Of a stretch of DNA of 64,000 bases, positions 12,670 to 26,699 are shown piece by piece. The position numbers and the translations under genes are program-made. A model generated the notes under the pieces. That model did no database searches. It saw only the letters and a program-made list of their open reading frames with translations, and was not told where the DNA came from. How positions within the stretch are numbered: position 1 is the first letter of the stretch; the number at the start of each line of letters is the position of its first letter. The DNA comes from Eledone cirrhosa (taxonomy: Eukaryota): positions 312,976,001-313,040,000 of the forward strand of contig OZ024743.1 of assembly GCA_964016885.1 (NCBI GenBank), read 5' to 3'.

Positions 12670-13070
12670 GCATCATCATCATCATCATTATTTTACGTCC
12701 GCTTTTCCCTGCTTGCAAGGGTGGGACGGGAACTGATTCTGGCTTGATTTCTACAGCTGGATGCCCTTCCTAACACCAACCTCATTTACAGTGAGTGCTG
12801 GGTGCTTTTTTTCCGTGGCACCTCCACGTCCACTTTACAGTGTGAGCTGGAAGCTTTTTTGCTGTGGCACCTCCACGACCACTTTGCAGTGGAATGATAG
12901 GGACTGGGGTCCCTATCATTCCACTCATTTCTACAGCTGAGTAAACTGGAGCTATGTGAAATAAAGTGTCTTGCTCAAGGAAACAACACATCACCCGGTC
13001 TGAGAATTGAACTCACAACCTTTCAATTGCAAGGCCAATGCTCTAATCACTAAGCCATGTGCCTCCAGCT
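12670..13070 (-). mobile_element. Young tRNA-head/RTE-tail SINE, copy 1
   Basis: Near identical to 37646-37990 with one extra internal repeat unit. Confidence 0.85.
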
Positions 13071-13144
13071 ATACATAATGAGAAATATACTGATACCACA
13101 TAACAAGACACTTTTCGGCAATAACTAACAACATAACTAAAAGT

Positions 13145-13380
13145 CTAAAGTCTTAAACTTGTCTCAAGCCAGAAGGCTCATTTGGCCGGTGCTTATCCCA
13201 GTTTCATGGTGTGAAGCAACTGAGAGTACAAGACTTCCCCTGGACAGAATGCCAGTCCATTGCAGGGTTAAACCCCAGCTATAGCTGGTACTCATTTTCA
13301 GCTGAGTATACTGGAGCAACGTGAAATGAAGTGTTTTGCTCAAGAACACAACACACAACCCAGGAATTGAACCCACGGCA
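13145..13380 (-). mobile_element. MetaSINE-like element (also ~13680-13950 -, ~25540-25792 +, ~59430-59692 +)
   Basis: aatgagtaccagc..taaccctgc.atggactg..gaaacngggataagcaccggcc..atgagcc body with (gacttta) tail. Confidence 0.65.
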
Positions 13381-15136
13381 TAACACACGGCACCAAATAC
13401 ATATGCAATATTCCCACAATACAAATCCAATAATCCACACATAAAAATCTATCAAACATTGAAAACTACCGCATTATGTAACACCAATACAACAGTCACA
13501 CCCAATAATACCCACAAAAAGCATACATCTACATGTAATTTTTTTTCTTTTTCCTCACAATATTAAAACAAAAGACAATGTCAGCTGAACTAAACCCAAC
13601 ACACAAACACAGACACTAGCTAGGTGGAGACACATCTGTATTAACACAACCATCTTCACAACACCACAGCCAGATGGAAAGTCTAAGTCTAAAGTCTGTC
13701 TCAAGCCCAGAGGCTCATCAGGATGGTGCTTATCCCGGCTTCCTTGGCAGGAAGCTACTGAGAGTACAAGACTTCCCCCTGGACAGGACGCCAGCCCATC
13801 ACAGGGTTAGATACCAACTATTGCTGGTATTCATTTTCAGCTGAGTATACTGGAGTAACATGAAATGAAGTGTTTTTGCTCAAGAACACAACATAACTCA
13901 ATTCAGAAATCAAACCCATGACATTATGATCGTAAGTCTAACACTTTTACCACAACTATATTAATACATAATCTTCACAGTACCACAGACTCATAAAATG
14001 CAGCTTTCATTAGTGATCAGCAGAAAAAAAAAGAAAAATCCATAATCTTCCTCTCCACTCCCACTTCTATAAAAATGATATTTAACAATGACTGTCTTAT
14101 CATACAATTCCTTGACCCATGATCATCTCAATCCCATTTTAATCTTGTTCTGATTTAAATTTTTACTTTGGTCTCATTTTCACTTTCTTTTACACTTCCC
14201 ACTCCAATGTACCCCCCCCCCCCCCCACACACACATACACACACCCTACACCACATGTCAATCAACTTATAGGTCCACCCCTGAAGAGATCAAAATAGTT
14301 TGACTGTCAGGCATTCTATCCTAATGGTTTCTGATTTAGGCACAAGGCCAAGAAAATTGTGGGAGGGGAAGTTGATAAAATCAACTCCAGTGTGTTACTG
14401 ATACTTTATTTTATCAAAGAATCCTTACGGAGTCGATAAAATAAAGTACCAGTAATGTACTGAGTAATTGCTGGCCTTGTGCCAAAAGTAGAAACAATTA
14501 TTAACATTAGTAACATATACAGTAACACAGCCAGAAGTATCTTAAGGTCACTCCCTTGCTAAAGCAGAGGTTAACCTTACGATGGGGGGGGGGGGGGGGG
14601 TACGAGAGTCTTCATACTCAACATAAAAGTATCTCTAATACAACATTAGCAACATGAAAAAAATTAAATTTTGATCACAAAGACAACATTAGCAACATCA
14701 CAAAGCAAACGTTGACAACAAAGACGACATTAACAACATCAATTGGCAAACTTCAACAACAAAAACAATATTACTATCAGCCAAAATATCATCATCATAA
14801 TCATGAACAAAATTATCGACAATAACGATTATATCATCTGTGAAAAGCAAAAGCCATTGCATTGAAGTGGTATATCTAATTGACTGGAGATTGGTCTCCT
14901 AGCAGTCAACATCCTTATGTAGTGCCAACTGCTGAATTATAACTTGGACTATGTAATCACACAAGCTGAGATATAAATCTGACAAGTTAGAACATTAAAG
15001 CAAGCTCCTTGCCATCTGTCATCAGCTTTTACATGATGATGTAAGGGACTAACTTACTAATTCAATTTTCAAATACAAATATGTAAAGCAGGTAATATAT
15101 ATACATATATAAATATATATATACACACACACATGC

Positions 15137-15203
<67 letters not shown>

Positions 15204-16268
15204 TATATATATATATATATATTATATACACATATACATACACATATATATATATATACACACATACATATATAGGCAGACGTTAAAACGCCGAATGAAG
15301 GAAGTGTGGTAAGGAACCAGGTAGACCATAACTCACCAGAGTAATCAACACTTAGGGTAGTAGAGTGGGTAATAAGAAAATGTTCTGGACCCCCAGCACG
15401 TAGGGTCCTGAACATTTTCCTATATATATATATATTCTTTTACTTTTACCTGTTTCAGCCATCCGGCTGAGGCCATGCTGGGGCACCATATATATATATA
15501 TACACACACACACATAATATATATATATATACAATTCATCCCATTCAGAATATGCATTTGTTATTAAGTTTTGGACCAGATAAGTCACCACCACCCTTCT
15601 ATTAGTTGACAAAACATGCTTATGTGATGGGTTGTAAGACAATTAATTTAACCCTCCCTTCCAGTTGATACAACAGAAACACCTGCTGTTTGCCTACTTT
15701 CATCAATATGTTGCCACCGCCACTGTCACCACCGCCATTATACTAGTCTCTAACATCACATGACAGCTATTACATGAAATATCATAATGTACACACTGAA
15801 CAACATGGTTTAAAGTACTTAGGATATATATTTTACCTAGATTCTTGTATCAACCAAAGCCTTCTGACTGAAATATAGTACATAGACAACCACTTTGCCA
15901 GTCTCTTCAAGAGCAGAACTATGCAGCTGGCAGGGCATATCCTAAGAATGGGGGGACAATATACCAGCAAGAACTGTAATGCTTACCAACTGGTGGGAAA
16001 AGACCAAATGGTATGCCAAAGAAGATCTGGAGATCAACCCAAAAAGATGACTTACGCAGGTGTGGCACAAAGTTTCAAGCACCAACCCTTGCCAAAGACA
16101 GGGAAAGATGAAAGAGCACAGTAGTCTGTTGCCCTGAGACTGGAGGAGCCAGATGACCAGATGTTAGTCTCTAACCTCACATGATAACTATTATATGAAA
16201 CTGTCAAAAGTAAAAAAGTATCATATTCTACACACCTAACAAGGTTTAAAGAACTTTGGGTATATACA

Positions 16269-16344
16269 CAGGGTGAGGCATAAAGATCTCCCACGTCTTT
16301 TTTATATCCCTTCAAAATGTGAAAGATCTTTATGACCCACCCTG
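16269..16344. mobile_element. Tiny Tc1/mariner-type MITE
   Basis: TIRs CAGGGTGAGGCATAAAGATCT / AGATCTTTATGACCCACCCTG; TA on the right flank. Confidence 0.55.
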
Positions 16345-16499
16345 TATTTTAGCCATATTCTTGCATCAACCAAAGCCTTCTGAGTGACTATAGTATATAG
16401 AAATTGGGTGTTTGTGGTTAATAGACAGTCTTTTACCTACTTTATCACTATTGCCTATACTATCCCTTAAGTACCTTTAGCAGAGTGTCCTCTGTTGTA

Positions 16500-16870
16500 A
16501 GCATTTAGACCAGGTCTCTTCTCTGATAATAGCTTACTTCTTCCCAGCAATCTCAAAGACCTAGAGGCACTGCTAAGTCATTTATAGAATAAATAATTTG
16601 AAATATTGTTTCTCTTTGCCTTTTTTATAAATATGCTCATGGGAATTGTTCTGATGAGCTTTCATCTTTGTTCCCTTGATTTCCGGAGTTTAAATGGAGC
16701 ATCAGATTGGTGGCTAGGTCTTGTCTATTTACAATTCAAATTCCTAAATGCAATCACAAATTCTATTCTGATAGTTTCTTCCCTCACATATCTCAACAAT
16801 GGAATTCTTTTCCAGCTTCTTGCTTTCCTGACACTACAATTTGCAAAATTCAAAAGCAACATCATCTTCT
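16500..16870 (+). mobile_element. Degenerate CR1/L2/Jockey-group LINE 3' fragment
   Basis: SFFPHISQQWNSFP C-terminal motif followed by (CT)n. Confidence 0.45.
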
Positions 16871-16885
16871 CTCTCCTTGAATTAT

Positions 16886-16935
<50 letters not shown>

Positions 16936-18014
16936 CCTTCTCCTTTTTCAGTAACCCCTTGCATTTTAGTGGCTTTATTGTCTTTATTGGGGTGAGCAAA
17001 AATAATAATAAAAAAATTGATACCAAACTGCCTGAAACTGCATATGGTTTTACGACACAAAGCTGTTTGTTTTAAAGAGTATATATATATTTATTTAAAA
17101 TTAACCTTTCCAACATAATTTTATGCAAGAATCCTAATTATGTTCAAAATGTCAGCTTAATAATGAGAAAGTTACATTACTATATCCTTCCAAATTATTG
17201 ATTATTTCCAAAAATGATTTGAAAATCATAGGAACTGCTTTTTATTAGACCCTTCAATCATATCATGGACATGACAGCCTCCCTGGTGTTGGTGATCTAC
17301 ATGAGAAACACACCCAGTACATGCTGTAACATAGTTGGTGATAGGCAAGGCATCCAGTCATAGAAAACTTGCCAGACAAAGGGTCAAGAGGACCTTCCAG
17401 TTGTGTTAAGGGCATGACAACCTCCCTAGTGTTGGTGATTTACACGATATATGCACCCAATACACACTGTAAAGTGGTTGGTAATGCAAAGGACAATCAG
17501 CCGTAGAAATTTTGCCAAACAAAGGGGTTGGGAAGATCTTTAGTTGTCAAAGGTGTGACAACCTCTCCTGAGCACTCATTAGAATGTGAGACTACATAAG
17601 CACACAGGTCCCTAGCTTGCCTGGGAGATCAGTGGCTCAGCTTCAGTTGGTCTATATAGACCCATCCAACTCTTGCTAGCAGGAAAAGCGGACATTAAAA
17701 CGACAATGATAATGATGATGATGATAGCAATGGAAGGTTTCAGGGAGATTAGTTGTTATTTTTTATCAGATTGAGTGACTACATAAATGTTTCCTTACAA
17801 TAGCTTGTAACTATTTGCAAAGATATTCTTGATGGAAATCAATGATAAACACACACACACACATCTATATACATATATTTACAAAAATTATGAAATGGCA
17901 ATGTTGACTGTTATGTTCAATGATTCAGTAAATGTACATCGATACAATTATATTTGCATGTTATTATGATTGCACAACTATGTCAAACAGTTTCTATGTT
18001 GATATAGTGTAGTG

Positions 18015-18795
18015 CAGAGACATAACTAGGGTATGGTAAGCATAGCAAATGTCATGAGCGATACTTGAAGGGTGGTGCCACTTGGACTAGGGGCACTTTC
18101 TATTAAAGTCAGTTAAACTGTCGTTGGAGAGTAAAAGAAGAAACTTCTGTAGATATATGATCGCTCACCATCCTCCAGGGAAACGGCTCCTCTATTCTGT
18201 TTGCCTGGGTTGTGGGGCGGCCAGAATAGAGGAGCTGTTTCCCTGGAGGATGGTGAGCGATCATATATATACATGGGCCTCCATTTGCTCATAATGATTG
18301 TTTCTACTTTTGGCACAAGGCCAGCAATTATCCCAGTGTATTACTGGTACTTTATTTTATCGACCCCGTAAGGATGAAAGGCAAAGTTAACCTCGGCGGG
18401 ATTTGAACTCAGATCATAAAGGGCCGTAACTCTTTGCTGCAAGGCATGGCGTCCGACCCTCTACCGATACTGCCAATCCACTGCCCGGATGAGAGCAGGA
18501 GAGACAGAGGCAGTGACAGTGGAAGTTTGGTTCCTCTGTGTTTGGACCTGGTGTACATGTGTGTGTGACTGATTTAATAGTAATTTCTTTTTCTTTTAAT
18601 TATGCTTGCTTATATTTAAGATCCATAAATTGGATTTAAACATAATTTAGATGTATCAATATATATATTATATTTGTCTTTGATTATCATGGGGGAGAAG
18701 TACTATGGTGGCTGGATTATGGGTGTCAGATGTTTGGGCAAGGGTGCAATTTCATTGCTTGCCATAGGAAACAATTTTCCCAAGTTACACCTCTG
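18015..18795. mobile_element. hAT-type non-autonomous element
   Basis: Imperfect TIRs CAGAGACATAACT / AGTTACACCTCTG with perfect 8-bp TSD GTGTAGTG. Confidence 0.75.
18295..18483 (-). mobile_element. Nin/Deu-domain SINE (also ~49300-49385 +, 51301-51482 -, 51497-51585 -)
   Basis: actttgcctttcatccttacggggtcgataaaataaagtaccag domain behind a tRNA-like head. Confidence 0.7.
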
Positions 18796-19078
18796 GTGTA
18801 GTGACAGACACAGTAATAAGCCAATACTATGTTAATATAGTATAGTGGCAGACACAACTGTAAACCAATATTATATTGATATAGTATAATAACAGACATA
18901 GCTGTAGGCTAGCTCTATATTGATATAGTATAATGACAGACACTGCTGTAGGCCAGCTCTATGTTGATATAGTATAATAACAGACACTGCTGTAGGCTAG
19001 CTCTATATTGATATAGTATAATGACAGACACTGCTGTAGGCCAGCTCTATGTTGATATAGTGTAGTGACAGACACAGC
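18796..19078 (+). repeat. 44-bp minisatellite, about 6 copies
   Basis: Unit tgatatagtataatgacagacactgctgtaggccagctctatgt. Confidence 0.9.
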
Positions 19079-20169
19079 AGGAGGAGAATTGATTAGAGTG
19101 TGAGTCCACTAGTTTATGTGTTGGTAGTTCTTATCCCATCATCAATGTTTCATTGTCTTACTGACATAGTTGGAGATAAAGCAGTAGCACCACAATGAGT
19201 GCATGGTGATTTCAGAACGGTACCACAATGACTACAAAACAGCTCCACAATGGCACTGCAATGGCTACAACAGTGTGAGCGTAATATAAAATATATTAGT
19301 TGTCATGTGTGGCCCTCAGACAACACATATGTGACACATGTGGCCCTCGGAAGACCCTCAGTTTGACATGCCTGAAATAGAGTATAGTCTATATAGAATT
19401 TTGCATGAAGATCACTTGCAGGAGATGCTTATTTGCATACAGAAAATAGAAAACATCAACTGGAAATGTTCATTTGCATATAGTATGAACTTGGCTGGTT
19501 ATATTTAATTGACGGTAACACTAAGACAGCGTTTAAGCATGATAGTGGTATGTATGAAAACATGTAAACATATATAATACGTTTATATACGGTTATAAAC
19601 ATATATAATTCATTTATATGCAATAAACATATGGGTAGCCTTGCTGCTGAAATATTTCTATATAGACTATAGTCTATTTCATGCCAGTACATTTTGGGTG
19701 AGTGTCACTGATGAAAGATTAACAAACCTTGAAACAGCACTGCCCGATATTCTCATAACATACTAGCAACTCTATGACATATTCATTGGAGGAAATAGAA
19801 AATAATAATTTTTTTTTCATTTCGTTTCATTTCACTACAAACATTTTTTTTTCGGCAGTGAGGTTACTTATATCTTTGTTGTATAATAACATATCATATA
19901 CGATTTTATACGATTATATATGTTTTATTATACACCTCTATTAATACATTAATCTTGTCTTAGTGCTATTGCCAATTAAATATAACTAACCAGGCTCACA
20001 CTATAGGCAAATGACCATTTCTAGCTGATGTTTTCTATTTGTTATATGCAAATGAGCATCTCCAGGAACTATGCACAACTATGATACAACTACACAACAC
20101 ACTAAGCATATAAACATGTTGCGTGAGATACACCAACACATTGTATATATATAAAAGTAAGGTACTGAT

Positions 20170-20580
20170 GTTTTATTTAAATGTATATTGGATGTACATG
20201 AAATTACAAGTTATTTCCTTTAAAATACAACCTTTGGGAAGTCACAGTTGTTCCAACGCTTTTTCTATTCATCAGAGCAGTACCAGAAGTTATTTTCTGT
20301 GAGTGTCCTTAGCTCATCGGTTACAATTTTTTGCATGTTTTCCACAGTCCCAAAAGGATGACCTTTCAACTTCAATTTTAATTTAGGGAAGAGATAGAAA
20401 TCACAGAGCTAAATTTTGACTGTAGGGAAGATGTGAAGAGTGGGAATGTTTTGCTTCACCAGAAATTCTCTAATTGAAAGTGCTGTGTGAGCAAGCATGT
20501 GACCGTGGTGCAGTACCCAATCTCCTGCAATGTCCTTTCAAACTCGCTGGACCCGTTTTCAAAGTCATTCTAAGAAAGCC
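20170..20580 (-). mobile_element. Mariner transposase C-terminal remnant
   Basis: CDFYLFPKLKLKLKG...KKRW motif. Confidence 0.75.
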
Positions 20581-20849
20581 TTGTAAAGTTTTCGTCCATT
20601 TATCCATTCCAATGCTTCAAATTTAATTCTAGATATTTTAAATTATTTTAGAAAAAAGTTACATAAAAAACAACTAGCACCTAAATCTTTTGTTAGAATA
20701 AAACTTTGATCCATTCATTTAAGAAAATTATAACCCAGTAACATTTTTCACATCTTCATTCCCCTACAGGATGGCAAAAGAGTCAATTAGTTCAGTTTCC
20801 TCTCTACTTTCCTAATCTTTTGCAACAAGAAGCTTCAAAGATAAGAATA

Positions 20850-22200
20850 TTATCATTCTCAGAAGAGAGAAGCCAAAGCTTAAATTGAAAATCGAAACCA
20901 AAGTGGACAGCAATGAATATCATCGTTATTTTGATTCCAAGTATTATGAACAGTATGAATGGACAACAGGATGTCCCATTCTGAACAAATTGTCTGTTTC
21001 CCATGTCTGTTATTGTGTCACTATAAGAAGACATGACAACTACTGGCTATTGTGATTTGAACAATTTGATTATAGCTTTGACAAGATACAAAAAATTCTC
21101 AGAACCATCTGAATTCCATAATTGTTCTAAAAATCATTGGTTGACAACAAATTGATGCAGCAATCGATCACTGGAAAGCAGCTTTGATTCAATTACGTTA
21201 TAGATCAGTTGAAAAAAATCATGATATATTGTATTGAAATTTTGGCCTGTCAAGAATTACCATTTCAAGGACACAATGAAACAGAAGGATCAAACAATAA
21301 GGGTAATTTTCTGGCTATATGTAAGGCAGTAGTGGAATACAATGATTGTTTATGATTGCATTTAGATTTTGTGAAGAAAAATGCCAACTGCGCATTTTCT
21401 GGACTTCTAAGTGATATTGAAAATGAGATCATTAATTGTATCGCTGTTACAATTGAAGATGAAACTAAGGCAATGATCGAAAAAAATCATTTGTTCCTGT
21501 TATATTTGATGAGACTATGAATTTTCAAATGACATCTCAATTATCACATATTTTGCAATTTGTTGAGAAGAAAAATCCTCAAGAAAAGTTGATGTCAGTA
21601 AAGATAGAAGAGTTGCATTGCTGACAGAATAAGTCCCAAAATGTGTTAATGTATTCAACTGTAGCTAAAAAATAATCACACAGACTTATGATGGTGTGAG
21701 CATGATGGGTTGGTTAATGTAGTGCAAGCAAGAATAAAGGAGATTTTTGGTGCTAATATCATGGTTGCTCATGGTTATGCACATTTATTTAATTTGGTAC
21801 TCTCTCAACCAACTTCAAGTATTTGTGAATGTCAAATTTTCTTCCAAACTTTAAACTCAAAGTTGACGGCTTGAATAGCACTGCAGATTTTGTAAAGCAA
21901 GCGTTAGGCACCCAAAAAGTTGCAGACATAATGTGGAAATTTGAACTAAACCAAGCTCTGGCAGAAATAATAAAATTATTACATCTGATTTTGACCATAC
22001 CTGCCACATCTGCTTTCTGTGAGAGATTGTTTTGCAAGTAAATAATTATATGAGGTTTCTCAAAGTGAAGATAGATTGAGTAATTTGGTCTTCATTTTCA
22101 TGATGAAGGTAGAATGTGCTGCTGATATATTTTATAGCTAAGTGATCAATGAATTTCCCCCCACAAAAAGAAAGAAACGAACTGATTTACAAATAAATTT
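20850..22200 (+). mobile_element. Degenerate hAT transposase (ZMYM1/DUF4371 type)
   Basis: CQELPFQGHNE..NKGNF, QTYDG, LILTIPATSA.CERLF dimerisation motif; many stops. Confidence 0.8.
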
Positions 22201-22630
22201 TAAATATTTCATTATTTATAGGTTTTATCATTTTTTCAGATTCCTCTCATAACCAATAACAGTCATCATGATAGGCCCATTACCATGGTATTACTAATGG
22301 GGGGGGGGGGGGGGGACATCAAATCCAGTGGAGAGGGGTATCAAGTCCAAAGTGTGGCCTGTTTGTAGAAGTGCATTTTCTTATATTAAAATTAGCTCAT
22401 ATCTCATTTGCAAATGGAAGGAGGATTAATTTTCTGGTGGGAGGAGGGGGAGTAAGGCTCCACTGCCCCACCCTCCACCTTGGTAAATGACCTGCATCAT
22501 GGACTCCATGCCTTGAGTTCCAAGTCACTCTATGCCACTGTATATAGTATATCTAGTATATAATATATATTGTATATTATATAGTGTATAATATATACTA
22601 TATCTAGCATGTAATATATAGTATATCTAA

Positions 22631-24108
22631 TCATCATCATCATCATCATCACCGTTTTACGTCCGTTCTTCCACGCTAGCATGGGTTAGACGGGTTGTCC
22701 TGTTGTGGGCAGTGTCTGGTCGGCTGACCATGCCTTGCTCATACAGGAACTGATTTGGCTGTATTTCTACAGCTGGATGCCCTTCCTAACACCAACCTCA
22801 TTTACAGTGAGTGCTGGGTGCTTTTTCGTGGCGCCTGCACGTCCACTTTACAGTGTGGGCTGGGTGCTTTTTTGCCATGGCACCACCACGACCACCTTGC
22901 GGTGGGTGGGGGGGCATATTGTCTATATGCTTCTGCTTGTACCTATGGGAGGTCGGGTACTCTGTATTACTGCGTGACGCCAGAGGTCACGGTCGTGTGT
23001 CATTGCTTTTGAGAGGTGAAATTGGGTAAGGTCGGCTTTTATCACCTCATCCCAGGTCATCTTGGGTCTCCCCACTCCGCGGTTTCCATCAACTTCTAGT
23101 GCTCTGCACCTTTTTATGCAGCTGTCATCCTTCATACGCATCACATGTCCATACCAGCGCAACCGCCTCTCCTGCACACAGCATTTGATTCCTCTTATGC
23201 TCAGTCTCTCTCTCAATTCATTTATGCTTTGTCGTTCACGTATATTACTGTTACACATCCGTCGGGGCATGCAGGCTTCGTTTCTCTCTAATTTACGTAA
23301 GTCTTCCACCTTCAGCGCCCAGGTCTCACTACCATGCAACATCGCTGTTCGGATACACGCATCATTCTGAGGGAGAAGCTTTTTGCAGCTAACAGTGGTA
23401 GTAGTTCCCTAAACTTCTTCCATCCCGTTCTTACCCTAGTTATTGTACTTTCTGAACACCCACCTCCGCTGCTAATTCGGTCACCTAGGTAGCAGAAGCT
23501 GTCTACTGTTTCTACAGAGCCCTCCCAGAGATTGGTGGTACTTGTTTCCTGTGGCTGTTTGCTGCTTGCTGTCCCAGCACAGCTGCCGCATGTGAAGCCT
23601 ACATTCTTAATTAAGCTTCCTGAGATCCCGCTACATCTCTTGTGTACCCATTGTTTGCATTTGGGGCAGAGAATGGAGTTCCTACCTACACCTTTCCTAC
23701 ATACTGAGCAAGGCCATTTCCCTGAAGGGATCTGGGTTCTGTTTTCTCATCTACTTACAAGGACCTTAGTCTTTGTCATGTTGACTTTGAGACCCTTTCT
23801 TTCTAGACCCTGCTTCCAAGTTTGGAATTTATTCTCTAGTTCTACCATAGATTCAGCTATAAGTGCGAGGTCATCAGCATACAGGAGTTCCCATGGGCAT
23901 CTGGTCTTAAACTCCTCCATTATTGCCTGCAGGACTATGATGAACAGGAGGGGGCTAAGAACAGAGCCCTGGTGGACCCCAACCTGTACGCTAAATTCCT
24001 CGCTATACTCATTGCTAATCCTAACTTTGCTGACTGCTCCCCTATACATGGCTTGTACCGCTTTCACAAGCCATTCATCTACTCCTAGTTTTCTAAGAGC
24101 CCACCATT
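22631..24108 (-). mobile_element. 5'-truncated RTE LINE with 3'UTR and (GAT)n tail, inserted in an AT-rich minisatellite
   Basis: GVHQGSVLSPLLF, LLYADDL, RRLRWYGHV; flanked on both sides by (tataatatatagtatatctag)n. Confidence 0.93.
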
Positions 24109-24394
24109 ATATATAATATATAGTATATCTAATATATAATATATAGTATATCTAGTATATAATCAATAGTATATCTAATATATAATATATAATTTATACT
24201 ATATCTAATGTATAATATAGCTCATCAGGCCAAGGCAGGCATGGAAAATAGATATATAATGATGATGATGATGAGCACACCTCCCCACTTCCTGCTACAC
24301 CTTTTCTGTTCATGGATAGCTGGTCACATTCAGCAATATACTGCCACCCCATAACATATTGCTTGCTCTCCCACAGTGCTGGTGCCACAGTCCT

Positions 24395-24665
24395 CCTTGT
24401 AAGGTGATCATGCTGGTGCCACAACAAAAAGAAAACTGTAAGGTGGTCTTACTGGTGCCAGGACGAAAAAGCACACAACCCTACTTGTAAGGTGGTCATG
24501 CTGGTGCTATGTCAAGAAAAGAACCTGGTCCACTTGGTAAAGTGGTCACACTGGTACCACAACAAAAAGCACCCAGCTTACCCTGTAAGGTGGTCATGCT
24601 GGTGCCATGACAAAAAGCACCTGGGTCACCCTGTAAAGTGGTCATACTGGTGCCACAACAAAAAG
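24395..24665 (+). repeat. ~48-bp tandem array derived from RTE 3'UTR subrepeat, 6 copies
   Basis: gtaaRgtggtcatRctggtgcca.Nacaaaaa recurring at 24399, 24438, 24487, 24537, 24585, 24633. Confidence 0.75.
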
Positions 24666-26347
24666 TAGCCAAAGAAGAAAATGTTCCAAATACAAGCTTA
24701 ACAATGAGAAAGTTGGTTACATTACTAAATCCCTTTAAATTTTTGATTATTTTCAAAATGATTTACAAACCATAGACAGTATGTTTTATTACAAATATGG
24801 TAATGATATGTTTAAGGGCAGCTTCATCATATGTATGTATTTTCGTATGCGTATGTATGTGTCGATACATTTGTGTGTATATGCATTTATGTTTATGTAT
24901 ATGCATGTGTTTATGCAATTGGATGTACATTCGCAAATTCCTTTTTGTGTGTATATGTTTGTGCCCATAAAATGTATATATGAAACTATATATCAATGTG
25001 TACTTATGTTATATAACTGTGTGTATGCATGTATTTATGATCAAACAGTCAATGCATAGGCAGTCAAAATTTCCTCCAGGAGTTAGTTAGAAATATAGAA
25101 TGCACACACACACACACACATAGAGAGAGAGAGCATATATGTATGTATGTGTGTATTTAAATGCATCTGTAAGCATGAGATAGAGATACTGGCAAAGAAA
25201 TAGACTGTATTGTATAGGTGACAGCAGCACTACTACTACTACTACTAGTAATAGTAGTTGTAGTAGTAGCTGCTAATATTATTACCATCCAAAGAGTGAG
25301 GCAATGAAAGCAAGTTATAACAAACTTGAAATAGTTAATTTATTTAGAATATTCAAATAATATATTCTATGCAAACTAAATATATACAGTATATATATAC
25401 ACATTAAGTATATACAGTATATATATATTATATACACAGTCAATATATACAATATATATATTATATACGCAGTAAATATATTTATTGTATCATTAGTTCT
25501 ATACATGGTATTAGATTGTTGTGGAGGTGGTAAGGGTGTCGGTCTTATGATCTTAATGTCATGGGTTTGATTCCTGGACTGGGTTGTGTCTTGTGTTCTT
25601 GAACAAAAACATTCCATTTCATATTGCTCCAGTATACTCAGCTGAAAATGGGTACCAGCAATAGCTGGGAGTTTAACCCTTCGATGAACTGGTGCCTTGT
25701 TTAGGGAAAGTCTTGTACTCTCAGTGGTTTAACGTCATGGAAACCGGGATAAGCACCAGACTGATGAGCCTCTGGGTTTGAGAGACTTTAGATTACTGCA
25801 ATCTTTAGAACATCAGATAAAATAAAGTACCAGTTTAGTACTGAGCTAGATTCAACTGTGTTCCCTTTAACCCCAAATTGCTAGCCATGGGCTTAATTTA
25901 GAAAACCATTTTCTATATATGTTGTTCCATAGAGTATTATTTGCAGAAGAGTGGTCAACCAGAGAAACCCCTGTCTTGAGACCACATGGGTAGCCAGCCT
26001 CTAGTGATGCTATATTTAGAATAACATTCACCAATATTCATTCTTCTAAACTGTATGAATTACACAAATCACACCGTTACCCTGGTTACAGTCGATGATA
26101 CTTGCCCAAGGTATCATGTGACTGTGAAGTGAACTTTTTAAGCACACACCTACCTTTAGGAGAATTATATTGTCACTCAAATGTGGCAAGGCAGCTGGGG
26201 AGGAACACAAGTGGCCAAAATAAGGAACCCCTGAAGTAATATTTACAGGTAAAGCTGCTACTTCTCTGAATTGAGGGATCACAGCTCAGATAATAGGGAC
26301 ATGTGGTTAGAATGTCAAATGAAATATTTTATAAGCAAAACCAACTG

Positions 26348-26596
<249 letters not shown>

Positions 26597-26699
26597 ATTA
26601 AGTCATTTTGTCTTGTGTAACTTATTCATTTAAAATTTGTACAACTATTGTTAGTGTGAAATACACACACATGTACACAACTTTCTATCTAATAAAATA

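Noticed and set aside
24395-24665. CRISPR-like repeat/spacer look
   Set aside because: Units are diverged copies of the RTE 3'UTR subrepeat, the variable parts are short and related, there are no cas genes, and the context is eukaryotic.
25755-25790. CTGATGAG..GAGA as a hammerhead ribozyme (also ~13700)
   Set aside because: Lacks the GAAA core and stem III; it is the ordinary MetaSINE-like tail.
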